Shown: positions 40,954 through 51,356, counted from the first letter of the stretch. The stretch is DNA of 64,000 nt from Candidatus Eiseniibacteriota bacterium (GCA_041946735.1 JBHGAY010000010.1:1-64000), one strand, 5' to 3'. Numbers and translations are program-made. The notes: a model not told the origin generated them from the sequence alone.

Positions 40954-42372
40954 TCAGTAGCGCGCGACCGAGGGATCGACCTCGACCGCCCACGCGTCGA
41001 TGCCGCCCGCGAGGTTCGACACCCGGCGGAATCCCGCCTTCCTCAACAGGAGGGTCGCGTAGGCGCTTCGGCCGCCGCTGTGGCAATAGACCACGTAGGA
41101 GCGGGCGGGATCGAGCTCGTGGAGGCGCGCGGGGAGATCCCCGAGCGGAATCAGACGCGAGCCGGGGATGTGGGCGATCGCGGCCTCGTACGGTTCCCGC
41201 ACGTCGAGCACCTCGGGCGCCGACCCGTCCGCCGAGCGCAGCAGCCGGTCCAGCTCGCGCGGGCGGATGTCGACCGGGTACTCGTCGACCGGGTCGTTCG
41301 GATGCCCCGGGGCTGCAGACTCGCCCTGGCGCCGCAGGAGATCGTCTCCGGCCGGCGTTGTGCCGGCGGCCGGCGTTGTGCCGGCGGTCGCAGCCGCGTG
41401 CGTTCCTTCCTCCCGCCCGCAGTAGGCGTCGTAGTCGATCAGCTCCCGGATCGTCGGGTCGGTCCCGCAGACCGGGCAAGAAGGGTCCTTCCTGACTTGC
41501 AGTTCGCGGAAGGAGAGATCCAGCGCGTCGAACAGCATGAGACGGCCCGGCCGCCGGGAAACGGGCGCCCCCTCGCCCTCGCTGTCGCGGTCTTCCTCGC
41601 CCGCGACGCCGCCCTCGCCCGCGGCCTCGCCGTCTCCCGCGCCGGCCCCGGCGACAAGCCTGAGCCCGAGGGCGTCCCCGGGCCTGAGCCCGGAGTCGTC
41701 ACCAAGCCCGAGCAGGAGCTTCAGCGTCTCGAGCGCCTGCAGCGAGCCGAGGATTCCGGGAAGCACCCCGAGCACTCCGGCATCCGCGCAGCTCGGCACC
41801 GATCCGGCGGGCGGCGGCTCGGGGAACAGGCAGCGGTAGCAGGGGCCGCGCTGGGCGTCGAAGACGGCGAGTTGCCCTTCGAAGCGGAAGATGCTCGCGT
41901 AAACGTACGGCTTGCGCAGAAGAGCGCACGCGTCGTTGACGAGGTAGCGCGTTGCGAAGTTGTCGCTACCGTCTGCGACGACGTCGTAGTCGGAGAGTAT
42001 CTCCATCGCGTTCGCGCTCGTCAGGCGCACCGGGTGACAGACGATCTCGATCTCCGGATTCAGGTCGGACAGCCGCTCGCTCGCGGCCTGCAGCTTGGGC
42101 TTGCCGACGTCGCTCGTCCCGTACAGGATCTGCCGCTGAAGATTCGTGAGGTCGACCTCGTCGAACTCCACGAGGCCGATCCGGCCGACCCCTGCGGCCG
42201 CCAGGTACAGCGCGAGCGGCGAGCCGAGCCCTCCCGCTCCGACGCACAGAACGGAGCTTCGGGAGAGTCGCTCCTGCCCTTCCCGTCCGATCTCGGGCAG
42301 GCTGAGATGGCGCCGGTAGCGAAGCATCTCGCGATGAGACAGCGGCCGGTCGTGCAAGTCCACGTCCTCCAC
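40954..42372 (-). CDS. moeB: MoeB/ThiF adenylyltransferase fused to rhodanese (MoeZ/MoeR-like)
   Basis: RYRRHLSLPEIG, VGAGGLGS, NLQRQIL, DNFATRY, CYRC, PSCADAGV, CPVC and rhodanese YCHSGGRS. GTG 42372 follows GGAGG. Confidence 0.93.
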   Translation of the reverse strand: MEDVDLHDRPLSHREMLRYRRHLSLPEIGREGQERLSRSSVLCVGAGGLGSPLALYLAAAGVGRIGLVEFDEVDLTNLQRQILYGTSDVGKPKLQAASERLSDLNPEIEIVCHPVRLTSANAMEILSDYDVVADGSDNFATRYLVNDACALLRKPYVYASIFRFEGQLAVFDAQRGPCYRCLFPEPPPAGSVPSCADAGVLGVLPGILGSLQALETLKLLLGLGDDSGLRPGDALGLRLVAGAGAGDGEAAGEGGVAGEEDRDSEGEGAPVSRRPGRLMLFDALDLSFRELQVRKDPSCPVCGTDPTIRELIDYDAYCGREEGTHAAATAGTTPAAGTTPAGDDLLRRQGESAAPGHPNDPVDEYPVDIRPRELDRLLRSADGSAPEVLDVREPYEAAIAHIPGSRLIPLGDLPARLHELDPARSYVVYCHSGGRSAYATLLLRKAGFRRVSNLAGGIDAWAVEVDPSVARY

Positions 42373-42606
42373 CTCCGTCGGTCCTCCGATCGTCAGCCGG
42401 ATGTTCCTTCGCTCCACGGCGGGAAATGCGAGCTTTCCTACGCCCGGAGCATGCGCGCCTCCCGCGCCTCTCCCGAACCTTCCCGAGCGTTCCCAAGCTC
42501 CCGAACCTTGACGGTAGCATCCCGGTCCTGCCCGGCCCAATGGGGTGCCCGGCCGCAGATCACGTTGAGGCGCGGGTGGCTTGCCAGCCGGGCCTGCATC
42601 CAGCGG

Positions 42607-42646
42607 CGAAAGAGAAGCTCCCCTTCCTCGCTGGAGGAAGGGGAGC
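42607..42646 (-). terminator. Rho-independent terminator downstream of the S1-repeat gene
   Basis: Perfect 13-bp stem GCTCCCCTTCCTC/GAGGAAGGGGAGC (42617-42646) with a 4-nt loop, followed on the minus strand by TTCTCTTTCG. Confidence 0.75.
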
Positions 42647-42766
42647 CGCTTCTCGGGATCGCTTCAGCCTCGCGTCAGCCTGCAACCGGCCCGATCGGCC
42701 TCACGAATCGGCGCGAGATCCGCTGGCGCGAGATCCTCGAGATCCGCCGGGTCGAGTCCCGCCGGG

Positions 42767-44251
42767 TCAGGCCCGGCCGTTCGCTCCGCCCTGCAGCGCG
42801 CGTCGCAACGCTTCGGCCATCGCGCTGCCGCTGCCGCGCGAAGCCTGCTGCTGGGAGGGCGAGGTGGCAGCATGCGAAGGGTTGGCCGAGGGGATCGCGA
42901 GGCGGATTCGTCCCTTCTCGTCGATCTGCTGGATCACCACCTCGAGCTTCTCGCCGCTCGGATACCGCTTCGCGAGGTCCCCGCCCTTCGGGACTCCGGT
43001 CTCCTCGACAGGCAGCAGGCCGCTGACCCGCGGGCCGAAGCCCGGCAGGTCGACGAAGATCCCGTACGGCTTGTGCGTGCGGACGAGCCCCTCGACCACC
43101 GAGCCGACCTTCATCACGACGGCCTCGTGCGGATCGGCCGCGTCGCGCATCGACAGTCCGATCCGCCTCCGCGGGACATCGACGCGAAGCACGCGGACCT
43201 CGACCTCCTGGCCTTCCTTCAAGGCCTCGCGAGGATGGGTGATCGGCTCGCTCGTGATCTCCGAAACGTGGACGAGCCCCTCGATCCCCGGGAGGATGCG
43301 GACGAACGCCCCGAAATCGGCGATGCGGACCACCTTGCCCGATCGCTTCTGGCCGGCCTGGACCACCTCCTCGATGTGGTTCCAGGGATCTTGCTGCGCG
43401 GCCTTGATGGACAGGGAGATGCGGTCGCGGCCCTTCGGATCGGTGCCAACCTCGAGCACCCGCACGCGCACGCGATCACCGATCTTCAGCGCGTCCTTGG
43501 GATGATTCACCCGGTCGTGGGAGATCTCCGACACGTGGACCATCCCGTCGAGGCCCCCGAGGTCGACGAAGGCTCCGAAGCTCTCCATTCGGACGACGGT
43601 ACCGTCGCGCTCCTCGCCGGCCTTCAGCTCGGACCGCATGCGCGCCGCGATCTCGGCCTTCTGCTGCATTTGGACCGCCTTGCGGGAGACGACGACGCGG
43701 CGTCCGCCATCCGCCAGCTCCAGGACGCGGAACTCGAGGGTCTTGTGGACGAAGACGGACGGGTCGGGACAGTAGGCGATGTCGACCTGGGAGACCGGGC
43801 AGAAGGCCCGCACGCCCGCGATCTCGACCTCGAGGCCGCCCGCGTTCAGACCCACCACCTTCCCCTGCACCGGCGTTCCCTCGGATTGGGCCTGCCGCAG
43901 GACGGTCAGGGCCTCGTTCGGGGCTGGCGTGAAGCTCGGCGCGAGGACGATCCCATCGTCGCTCGACACCACGTATGCCTCGATCCGATCCCCGATGCTG
44001 ACGCGCAGCGAGCCGTCGGCGTCCTTCAGGTGCTGTGTCTCGATGGTCGCTTCACTGCGCCCGCCGTAGTCCGCGAAGCTCCATTCCTCGCCGATCGACC
44101 GGATCGTCGCGTGGAGTTTCTGGCCGACCGCGGGAGTCGGCAGAACGCGCGTATCCGCCGCCATCGCGGCGAGGAACTCGGGCGAATCGTTGACGCGCGC
44201 TTCCTCTCCCGATGTGTTGTCGTGTCCGTTGTTGTTGCCGCTCTCGTGCAT
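42767..44251 (-). CDS. Ribosomal protein S1-like protein with five S1 domains
   Basis: Repeats such as GTVVRMESFGAFVDLGGLDGMVHVSEIS and GKVVRIADFGAFVRILPGIEGLVHVSEI; RAFCPVSQVD. AAGGGGAGG upstream. Confidence 0.9.
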   Translation of the reverse strand: MHESGNNNGHDNTSGEEARVNDSPEFLAAMAADTRVLPTPAVGQKLHATIRSIGEEWSFADYGGRSEATIETQHLKDADGSLRVSIGDRIEAYVVSSDDGIVLAPSFTPAPNEALTVLRQAQSEGTPVQGKVVGLNAGGLEVEIAGVRAFCPVSQVDIAYCPDPSVFVHKTLEFRVLELADGGRRVVVSRKAVQMQQKAEIAARMRSELKAGEERDGTVVRMESFGAFVDLGGLDGMVHVSEISHDRVNHPKDALKIGDRVRVRVLEVGTDPKGRDRISLSIKAAQQDPWNHIEEVVQAGQKRSGKVVRIADFGAFVRILPGIEGLVHVSEITSEPITHPREALKEGQEVEVRVLRVDVPRRRIGLSMRDAADPHEAVVMKVGSVVEGLVRTHKPYGIFVDLPGFGPRVSGLLPVEETGVPKGGDLAKRYPSGEKLEVVIQQIDEKGRIRLAIPSANPSHAATSPSQQQASRGSGSAMAEALRRALQGGANGRA

Positions 44252-44594
44252 CTCATCCTCCCCTTGGGCGAATCCGGGCTAGAGACTACCAGATCCGGCG
44301 GAGGAGTCGGAGAGGTGAGATGGAACCTCCATCGTCCGGATCATTTGCGGCGCGGCTGTTGCTTAGCGACGATGCACGGCGACCGCGAAACCGTTTGGCG
44401 TGCCGATCAAGGCGGTGGTAGAACGAACCGCGGGCCGAGCCCCTCCCCGGGCGGGAGAGGTGCCGGCCCAGTGGTGGGGATCGGCGCGGAGGGCGCGGAC
44501 CTGCGCCCGACGATCCGGCGATGCGCGCTCTCCAGCCCGAGGACGGCGGTCGAGAGCGCGGGCTGGTGAGTCGAGCCCCGGGCGGGAGGGGCGT

Positions 44595-46781
44595 ATGCAG
44601 CGCGAGTCCGATTCGGCGGAGCCCTCGTTGCCGCGAGCGCTGCGGCTGCTGCGGGCGGCGTCGCTGCTTGTGCTGCTGCTCCTTCCGGCCGCGCTCGCGG
44701 CGCCGGCGCTCGCTGCCTCCGCATCGCCCACGGCGGCCCCGCCGTCCGACTCGCTGGCCGCATGCATCGCGGCTGCGGGCGATTCTTCACGCTGGGAGGG
44801 AGCGGGAGCCGTCCTCGTCTTCGATCGCACCACGGTCGATCTCGAGCCGACGGGCCTCGGCCACGTCCGCCGTCGCGCGCTGGTGAAGATCCTCACCGAG
44901 GGGGGAGCGCGCGAGCAGGCGACACAGCGCTTCGACTACGATCCGGCCTCCAACCTGATCCGGATCGAGAAGCTCGTCATCCATCGCGGGGACGGATCGC
45001 TCGAGCCGGTCGATCCTGCCTCCGCCGTGGACCTTCCCGCCCCGGCGGACATGATCTACTGGGGCGCGCGGATGAAGATCCTCTCGATGCCGCGCCTGGC
45101 GATCGGTGACGCGATCGAGCTCGTCACCTACAAGAAGGGATTCCAGATCGCCTACCTCGACGGCGCGGCGTGGGAGGCGGAGGGTGGCGCCGGCGGAGAG
45201 GATGCCTCGGCCGGCACGAGCGAAGAGGATGTCTCGGGCCGTGCGAGCGGAGCCGGACCCTCGGTTGCCACCTCCATGGCGCAGGGCGTCGAGGTGGCCG
45301 ACGACGAGAAGTACCTCCCGCCCATGCGCGGGCACTTCTACGACGTCGTGACCTTTCAGGAGTCCCTCCCGATCGTCGAGAAGAGCTACACGCTGCGCAC
45401 GCCGCGCGACAAGCCGGTGCAGTACGCGACCTACAACGGGGCGCTCCGCTCCTCGCTTACGTTCGCCGACTCGCTGCTCGTCTATTCCTGGGAGGCGCAC
45501 GACGTCCCGGCGTTCGTCGAGGAGCCGCGAATCCCGGAGAGGACGGACATCGTCCCGAAGGTCGTCCTCGCGACGGTGGAGAGCTGGCAGGAGAAGTCCC
45601 GCTGGTTCTTCGAGATCAACGACCCGGTCTTCGCCAGCGACGAGGGGATCCGCGCGAAGGTCGACCAGCTGACGCGCGGTCTCCAGAGCGACGACGAGAA
45701 GATGGCCGTCCTGCTGCACTGGGTCGCGCAGGAGATTCGCTATGCCGGGCTCTCGATGGGCAAGGGGGAAGGTTACACGCTCCATCCCGGAACGATGACC
45801 TACGCCGACCGGTGCGGCGTGTGCAAGGACATCGCCGGAATGCTGGTGACGATGCTCCGCGCCGCCGGCTTCTCCACCTACCCGGCGATGACGATGGCGG
45901 GGGCGCGGGTCGAGGCGATCCCCGCCGATCAGTTCAACCACTGCGTCGTGGCGGTCGAGCGGCCGGACGGCTCCTACACGATGCTCGATCCCACCTGGGC
46001 CCCGTTCGATCGCGCGACCTGGTCGCGATTCGAAGGAGAGCAGCATTACGTCATCGGAAGCCCGCGCGGGGAAGGACTGTCGCGGATCCGTTCGTTCTCG
46101 CCCGAGGAGAGCCGCCTGCGCGTCGACGCCGTCTCGCGCCTGCATGCGGACGGCACGCTCGAAGGACGGCTCGACCTCCTTGGCCAGGGGGCTTCGGATT
46201 CGCGCCTGCGGGGCCTTCTGTCCGATGCGCCGGCGGCGGACTTCGACGGGGCGATCGCGGATCTGCTCGCCTCGCTCGGCCCCGCGATCGAGATCGTCTC
46301 GGTCGAGGCGTGCGATCCCCGCGACTTCTCACGGGACGCATCGATCCGGATCGACTTCCGCGTTCCGAGCTATGCCTCGGCCGGCGACTCGCTGCTCGCC
46401 TTCCTGCCGCCGGCCGCTCGCGTCGTCTCCGAGCAGCCGCGGCTTTGCCGGATGCTGTCGTTCGGAGAGGGAGAGGAGGGAAGGAGCGAGCGCAAAAGCG
46501 AGGCGCTGCTCTGGTTCTCTCAGGAGCTTCTCGCGACCGACCGCATCACGCTGCCCCCCGGCTTCCGGTGCTCCGGCCCGCTCGACACGCTTCGCGTCGA
46601 TCACGATGCCGCCTCCCTCGCGGCGCGCTACCTCCCCGGCGGAGGGTCGGCGCGAACCGAGCTTCGAGCTGTGACGAGGAAGCGGACCATCCCCGCCTCG
46701 GAATGGGCGGGCGGCGCGGAAGCAGTCGATTCGCTCCGGGCGTTCGCCGAGCGGATCCGTCTCGCAAGGCGGGGACGGTGA
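44595..46781 (+). CDS. DUF3857 plus transglutaminase-like exported protein, catalytic triad intact
   Basis: Signal/TM segment; VKILTEGG and IGDAIE (DUF3857-like); WVAQEIRY, GVCKD, FNH and LDPT (Cys-His-Asp). Confidence 0.9.
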   Translation: MQRESDSAEPSLPRALRLLRAASLLVLLLLPAALAAPALAASASPTAAPPSDSLAACIAAAGDSSRWEGAGAVLVFDRTTVDLEPTGLGHVRRRALVKILTEGGAREQATQRFDYDPASNLIRIEKLVIHRGDGSLEPVDPASAVDLPAPADMIYWGARMKILSMPRLAIGDAIELVTYKKGFQIAYLDGAAWEAEGGAGGEDASAGTSEEDVSGRASGAGPSVATSMAQGVEVADDEKYLPPMRGHFYDVVTFQESLPIVEKSYTLRTPRDKPVQYATYNGALRSSLTFADSLLVYSWEAHDVPAFVEEPRIPERTDIVPKVVLATVESWQEKSRWFFEINDPVFASDEGIRAKVDQLTRGLQSDDEKMAVLLHWVAQEIRYAGLSMGKGEGYTLHPGTMTYADRCGVCKDIAGMLVTMLRAAGFSTYPAMTMAGARVEAIPADQFNHCVVAVERPDGSYTMLDPTWAPFDRATWSRFEGEQHYVIGSPRGEGLSRIRSFSPEESRLRVDAVSRLHADGTLEGRLDLLGQGASDSRLRGLLSDAPAADFDGAIADLLASLGPAIEIVSVEACDPRDFSRDASIRIDFRVPSYASAGDSLLAFLPPAARVVSEQPRLCRMLSFGEGEEGRSERKSEALLWFSQELLATDRITLPPGFRCSGPLDTLRVDHDAASLAARYLPGGGSARTELRAVTRKRTIPASEWAGGAEAVDSLRAFAERIRLARRGR

Positions 46782-48817
46782 TGCGCCCGCGCCCGCGCCT
46801 GCTCGCGCGCCCGCTGCGCCGACCGCTCCGGCTGCGTCGACCGCGTCGACCGCGTCGACCGCGCCGACCGCGCCGGTCGCGCCAACCCGAAGCCGCCCGG
46901 CTGCGCGTCGCTGGCTGGCTGCTCGTCGTCGCGGCGTCTGCGATGGTGGCGATCGCGCCCGGCGAGGCGCGTGGGCAAGCGGATCCGCCCCTCGGTCCCG
47001 CCACCAGCGCCCTCGTCGCGTCGCCCGAAGGCCTCCGCCTCGGAGACGGCGCCGACGACGTCCTGCTCTATCGCGGCGTGTGGATCCGCCTGCGCGAAGA
47101 CGGTCGCGTCGAACGGCGGGTTCGCGAGGTCCGGCGCTTGCGCACCGACCTCGCGATCGCGCACCTGGGCGACACGCGAGCCGCCTACGACACGACCCGG
47201 CAGGAGATCGAGATCCACGTCTGCCGGACGATCCAAAAGGGCGGGCAGGAGTCGCCCGCGCTGCCTCGCGCATGGAATCGCGTGACCCCCGAGAGGGTTG
47301 CGCGCTGCCCGGAACGCGCCGGGCTGCAGGAGGTCGTGATCAGCTTCCTCGGGGTCGAGCGCGAGTGCGTGACCGAGCTGGATTACACCGTCCGGGACCG
47401 CGAGGCGTGGCGGCCTTGGCTGGAGGGCGTGGAGCTGCTCACCGCCGCTTCGCCGGTTCTCTCCGCCGAGATCCGGATCGACGCGCCGGCCCTTCGTGCC
47501 CGCCCGGCCGGCGTTCATGCGACGCGCGGATGGACGGAGGTCGAGCCCGGCGTCTGGCGCGCCGGGCCGCTGCCGGCGCTTCCTGACGAGCCCGACGCGC
47601 CCGACCGTCCTCTGCTCGTCTACTCGACCTGCCGCTCCTGGGACGACCTGGCTCGCTGGCTCATCGGCCGGCTGGATGACGCCGCGCAGGCGGACTCCGC
47701 GATCGGCGCATGGGCTGGGGGAGATCTCCCGAGCGGCCGTCCTCCGATCGAGGATCGCGAACGGTGGGAGCGGATCGGCGCGCTCGTCGCCGACCGGACG
47801 ATCCCGGCCGACGGCGGGGATCTCGACTGGTTTCTCCCGATCCGCCTCGCGTCGCGCACCTTCGCCTCCTCGTGCGGCAATCCCCTCGATCGCGCCGCTC
47901 TTGCGCTCGCCGCCGCGCGGGCATCGGGGCTCGGCGCGCGCCTCCGCGCCGTTCCGGCCGGCCCGATCGCGAAGGAGGTTCCCGCGTTCGCCTCGCTCGG
48001 CGAGTTGCTCCTGCAGACGTCCTCCGGAACCCTCTCGCTGCGGCACGGCGCCCTGGTGAACCGCCCCGGCGGCGCGCGCGTCTCGGAGGTCTTGGAGATG
48101 TCCGAAAAGGCGGCCTCGTGGATCGAGCTTCCCGCGCCTGCTGCCCGAAGCCGGCTGCGCGTGCGCATCGTCGAGTCGGCCGAGGGGGAAGAAGAAGGGA
48201 CGGTACGCGGCGAAATCTGGCTCCGCCTCTCGGGAGCCGCTTCGGACGGATTCGAGGAGCGGCGACTCCGCCAGGCGATGGAGTCGCTCGCCGCGACGAT
48301 CGTGGAGGGAGGCAAGCTCGCGGGACTGCGCATCGACCGCCTGGGGGCCGACTCGATCGCGGTCCTCGGCTCGTTCCTCGGTTCGGGCGTGGGGCGGCCG
48401 ATCCCCGGAGGGAGCGGCGCCCGAATCCTCGAGATCCCCGAAGCGCCGGGCGCCTCGGAGTTCCTGCCGCCGGCGCGCTCGCTGCGCCGGTCCTCTCGCG
48501 CCGCTCCGCTGCTCTTTCCGGCGCTCCTCACGGAGGAGGTCGACCTCCGCCTCGAGCTTCTCCCCTCGACGCGGATCCGCGCGCTTCCCGCTCCCGCCGG
48601 CACGCAAACGACGAAGGCCGCCGGCGAAGCGATCCTCTTCGAGACCGCGATCGAGGAGCGGCCGGCCGGCTCGACCTCGACTACCCTCCTCTACAGGCGC
48701 CGGCTTGCGATCCGCGATAGGACGGTCGAAGCCTCCGCCTTCCCGCAGGCGCGCGAAGCCCTCCTCCTCCGATCCACGGAATCGGCGAACCGGATCCTGC
48801 TCGAGCGGGTGCCGTAA
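46781..48817 (+). CDS. DUF3857 protein with a degenerate transglutaminase-like domain
   Basis: Coupled to the upstream gene (GTGATG). VVISFLGVERECVTELDY and STCRSWDDL. Has GNPLD where the paralog has GVCKD. Arg/Pro-rich leader. Confidence 0.78.
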   Translation: MRPRPRLLARPLRRPLRLRRPRRPRRPRRPRRSRQPEAARLRVAGWLLVVAASAMVAIAPGEARGQADPPLGPATSALVASPEGLRLGDGADDVLLYRGVWIRLREDGRVERRVREVRRLRTDLAIAHLGDTRAAYDTTRQEIEIHVCRTIQKGGQESPALPRAWNRVTPERVARCPERAGLQEVVISFLGVERECVTELDYTVRDREAWRPWLEGVELLTAASPVLSAEIRIDAPALRARPAGVHATRGWTEVEPGVWRAGPLPALPDEPDAPDRPLLVYSTCRSWDDLARWLIGRLDDAAQADSAIGAWAGGDLPSGRPPIEDRERWERIGALVADRTIPADGGDLDWFLPIRLASRTFASSCGNPLDRAALALAAARASGLGARLRAVPAGPIAKEVPAFASLGELLLQTSSGTLSLRHGALVNRPGGARVSEVLEMSEKAASWIELPAPAARSRLRVRIVESAEGEEEGTVRGEIWLRLSGAASDGFEERRLRQAMESLAATIVEGGKLAGLRIDRLGADSIAVLGSFLGSGVGRPIPGGSGARILEIPEAPGASEFLPPARSLRRSSRAAPLLFPALLTEEVDLRLELLPSTRIRALPAPAGTQTTKAAGEAILFETAIEERPAGSTSTTLLYRRRLAIRDRTVEASAFPQAREALLLRSTESANRILLERVP

Positions 48818-49349
48818 GCCTCGCGGTCGGCCGACTCGCTGTTGGTCGCGGGTCGTCGCCCGCGAGGGAAGGTTCGATAAGCCTCAGGCGTCCAGCGCAC
48901 CGTCGCGCTTCGTGCGTCTGAATGCCCCCTCGTTCTGACAACTGATAGCAGTAAACGGAGATGGCGTCACCGTCACGCGACGGCGCGTCCAGGCTTTCTG
49001 CTTGACCATTCCCGGCTGTTCGAGGAAGATCCGCTCTGTCGGTGGCTGGAGCCTCCAGCCATTCCGCCCTTCGGCTTGGAGCATGGTTGGAGCGAAGAGA
49101 CGCGGCGCATGAAGCGCCGCGCGAATCCGGAGCGGTTCTCACGGTTCGATCCTCGGTCGTCCGCTAGTTGCCCTCTCGAGATTCGTTCCTCGAAACGATG
49201 CAGGGAGCCGATGCGTTGTCGTTCCCGCGTCTCTTGCGGAGGCGGCAGCCGAGTCACGTCCGGAATGGGTATGGGTATACGGATACGGATGGCGGACCTC
49301 GCGAGGCCCGTCATCGGGTCGGCGATCGTGCCGTTCGGAAGGAGTCAGG

Positions 49350-49640
49350 ATGGGTACGAACCTCTTCGTTGGCAATCTCCCCTATGCAGCGACCGAGCAG
49401 GACTTGATCGATCTGTTCAGCCAGGTCGGATCGGTCGTTTCCGCTCAGGTGATCTTCGACCGCGAGACGCGCCGGTCGCGCGGTTTCGGATTCGTTCAGA
49501 TGGCCGACGAGGAGGCCGCGTCTGCTGCGATCCAGCGATTCCACCAGTCCGACGTGCTGGGACGGCCGTTGACGGTCAACGAGGCGAAGCCTCGCGCCGA
49601 CCGCGGCGGCTCGGACGGCGGCTGGGGTCGACGGTACTAG
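49350..49640 (+). CDS. RRM RNA-binding protein with a Gly-rich tail
   Basis: RNP2 LFVGNL, RNP1 RGFGFV, GRPLTVNEAKPR. AAGGAG upstream. Confidence 0.95.
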   Translation: MGTNLFVGNLPYAATEQDLIDLFSQVGSVVSAQVIFDRETRRSRGFGFVQMADEEAASAAIQRFHQSDVLGRPLTVNEAKPRADRGGSDGGWGRRY

Positions 49641-49719
49641 TCGCGACCGAGCGAGGAACGGGAGGCGGGGCCGGGTGGCCTCGCCTCCGTCGTTGAGGCC
49701 TGAACCGGGGGGATGAGGA

Positions 49720-50004
49720 TTGAGGAAGCAAAGGCCGTTTCACCCGAAGAAGCGCCGCCCGACTCCGGAGGAGCAACCGACTCCGCCGGCGAAAGAGAAC
49801 GCGATCATCATGGAGGGAGTGGTTCTCGAGACCCTTCCGAACACCCAGTTCCGGGTCGAGGTCGCCGGCGGCCATCTTGTTCTGGCGCACATTTCCGGGA
49901 AAATGCGTAAGCATTTCATCCGCATCCTCGTCGGTGACAAGGTGCTCGTCGAGCTGTCGCCTTACGATGTGACGCGAGGGCGGATCACCTACCGCTTCAA
50001 GTAA
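49720..50004 (+). CDS. infA: Translation initiation factor IF-1 with an N-terminal extension
   Basis: [65 protein letters not shown] start uncertain. Confidence 0.95.
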   Translation: MRKQRPFHPKKRRPTPEEQPTPPAKENAIIMEGVVLETLPNTQFRVEVAGGHLVLAHISGKMRKHFIRILVGDKVLVELSPYDVTRGRITYRFK

Positions 50005-50295
50005 GCCCGGAGGGGATGTCTTCCCGGCGACGGGAAGGCCTCCGAGCGCCGGTCAGCTGCCCGATCCGCACTCGGTCCTCGCGATGGACCGGGCTCTGCG
50101 CACCGTCTTTCTCCCCGGGCCTTGGCAGAAGAGAAGCTTCTACTCTCCCTAAGATCATTCCTTGTGACAACCTTCCCTTTCTCTTCTCTCTATCGACGGG
50201 TAACGAGTAAGCTGAGCATCGCTGCCAAGTGCGTCCCCGGCCCGCAATCCTCAGCAGGGCCGGAAGCGAGCTGCCGTCCAATTGGGGGGTAGAAG

Positions 50296-51237
50296 ATGAT
50301 CAGGCCCCATCGAGTCGTAGGGGGTTTGCTCGGGCTCGCTGTCGGAGACGCGCTGGGCGTTCCGGTCGAGTTCGAGTCGAGAGAACAGAGGAGAGAGGAT
50401 CCGGTCCGCGAGCTCCGCGGAGGCGGCGTGCACGATCAGCCTCCCGGGACGTGGTCCGACGATACCGCTCTCACTTTTTGCACCGTCGAGGCGCTGCTCG
50501 GCGAATACAGCCTGGAGCGACTCGGCGGGCTTTTCGCCGGTTGGCTGCAAGAAGGCCGATGGACCGCGCGAGGAGAGGTGTTCGACGTCGGCGAAACGAC
50601 CCGCCAGGCGATCGAGCGGATCATCCGAGGCGTCTCTCCTCAGGTGAGCGGGTCGATCGACGAATCGAGCAACGGCAACGGCTCGCTCATGCGGATCCTG
50701 CCGGTCGCGCTCGCCTTCTCGCGATGGTCGATTCCATTGATGCTCGATCGCGTGCACGAAGCCTCGCGAATCACGCACGCGCACACGCGGTCGCAGATGG
50801 CGTGCGGCATTCTTTCCCTGATCGTCCGCAACCTCGTTTTTCAGCGCCCGGCCGGCGCTGCCTACCGCTACGCGATGGAAGACGCGGTGAAGTACTACGC
50901 GCAGCCGCCCTGGCGGATGGAGAGGCGAACCTTCTCACGGATCCTTCGCGGTTCGCTCGCCGACGTCCCGGCTGATGAGATCCTTTCCGGCGGCCACGTC
51001 ACCGAGACGATCGAGGCGGCGGTCTGGTCCCTGGTCACCACCCGCAACTACCGTGACTGCGTCGTCAAGGCGGTGAATCTCGGCGGCGACACCGACACGG
51101 TCGCCGCGATCGCCGGCGGATTGGCCGGTATCGCCCACGGGATCGACACCATACCGAAGGAGTGGCTCGACTCCCTCGCTCGGAAGGACGAGCTGCTCGC
51201 GCTCGCGAATCGTTTCGCCGTCGTCCTCTCTGCCTGA
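50296..51237 (+). CDS. ADP-ribosylglycohydrolase (DraG/ARH family)
   Basis: AVGDALG, WSDDT, GNGSLMR, ITH and NLGGDTDT. Confidence 0.95.
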   Translation: MIRPHRVVGGLLGLAVGDALGVPVEFESREQRREDPVRELRGGGVHDQPPGTWSDDTALTFCTVEALLGEYSLERLGGLFAGWLQEGRWTARGEVFDVGETTRQAIERIIRGVSPQVSGSIDESSNGNGSLMRILPVALAFSRWSIPLMLDRVHEASRITHAHTRSQMACGILSLIVRNLVFQRPAGAAYRYAMEDAVKYYAQPPWRMERRTFSRILRGSLADVPADEILSGGHVTETIEAAVWSLVTTRNYRDCVVKAVNLGGDTDTVAAIAGGLAGIAHGIDTIPKEWLDSLARKDELLALANRFAVVLSA

Positions 51238-51356
51238 GAATCGGGAGGGTGACGGCAGAGAACTCCTCCTCGGCCGGGCGCGACTCCGCGCCCGGATCGC
51301 AGCCCGGATCGCCGCGTGGCGGGCGGGGCGTGTTGCGTCTGTCCCGGCAATCGCAC

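Noticed and set aside
40954..42372. MoeB as part of a ubiquitin-like, CBASS or RiPP system
   Set aside because: It has ordinary MoeB-rhodanese architecture, with no adjacent sulfur carrier, E2, JAB or precursor peptide gene.
42541..42606. GGGGTGCC start suggestive of a TPP riboswitch near moeB/thiF
   Set aside because: No CTGAGA or downstream TPP core, and it is on the wrong strand for moeB.
48918..48926. CTGAATGCC, identical to the first 9 nt of the Mu Com RNA site
   Set aside because: There is no second half-site, it is over 400 nt from the next start codon, and a single 9-mer in 64 kb is compatible with chance.
48884..49084. 66-aa minus-strand ORF in the long intergenic region
   Set aside because: No Shine-Dalgarno and no motif; it cannot be supported from sequence alone.
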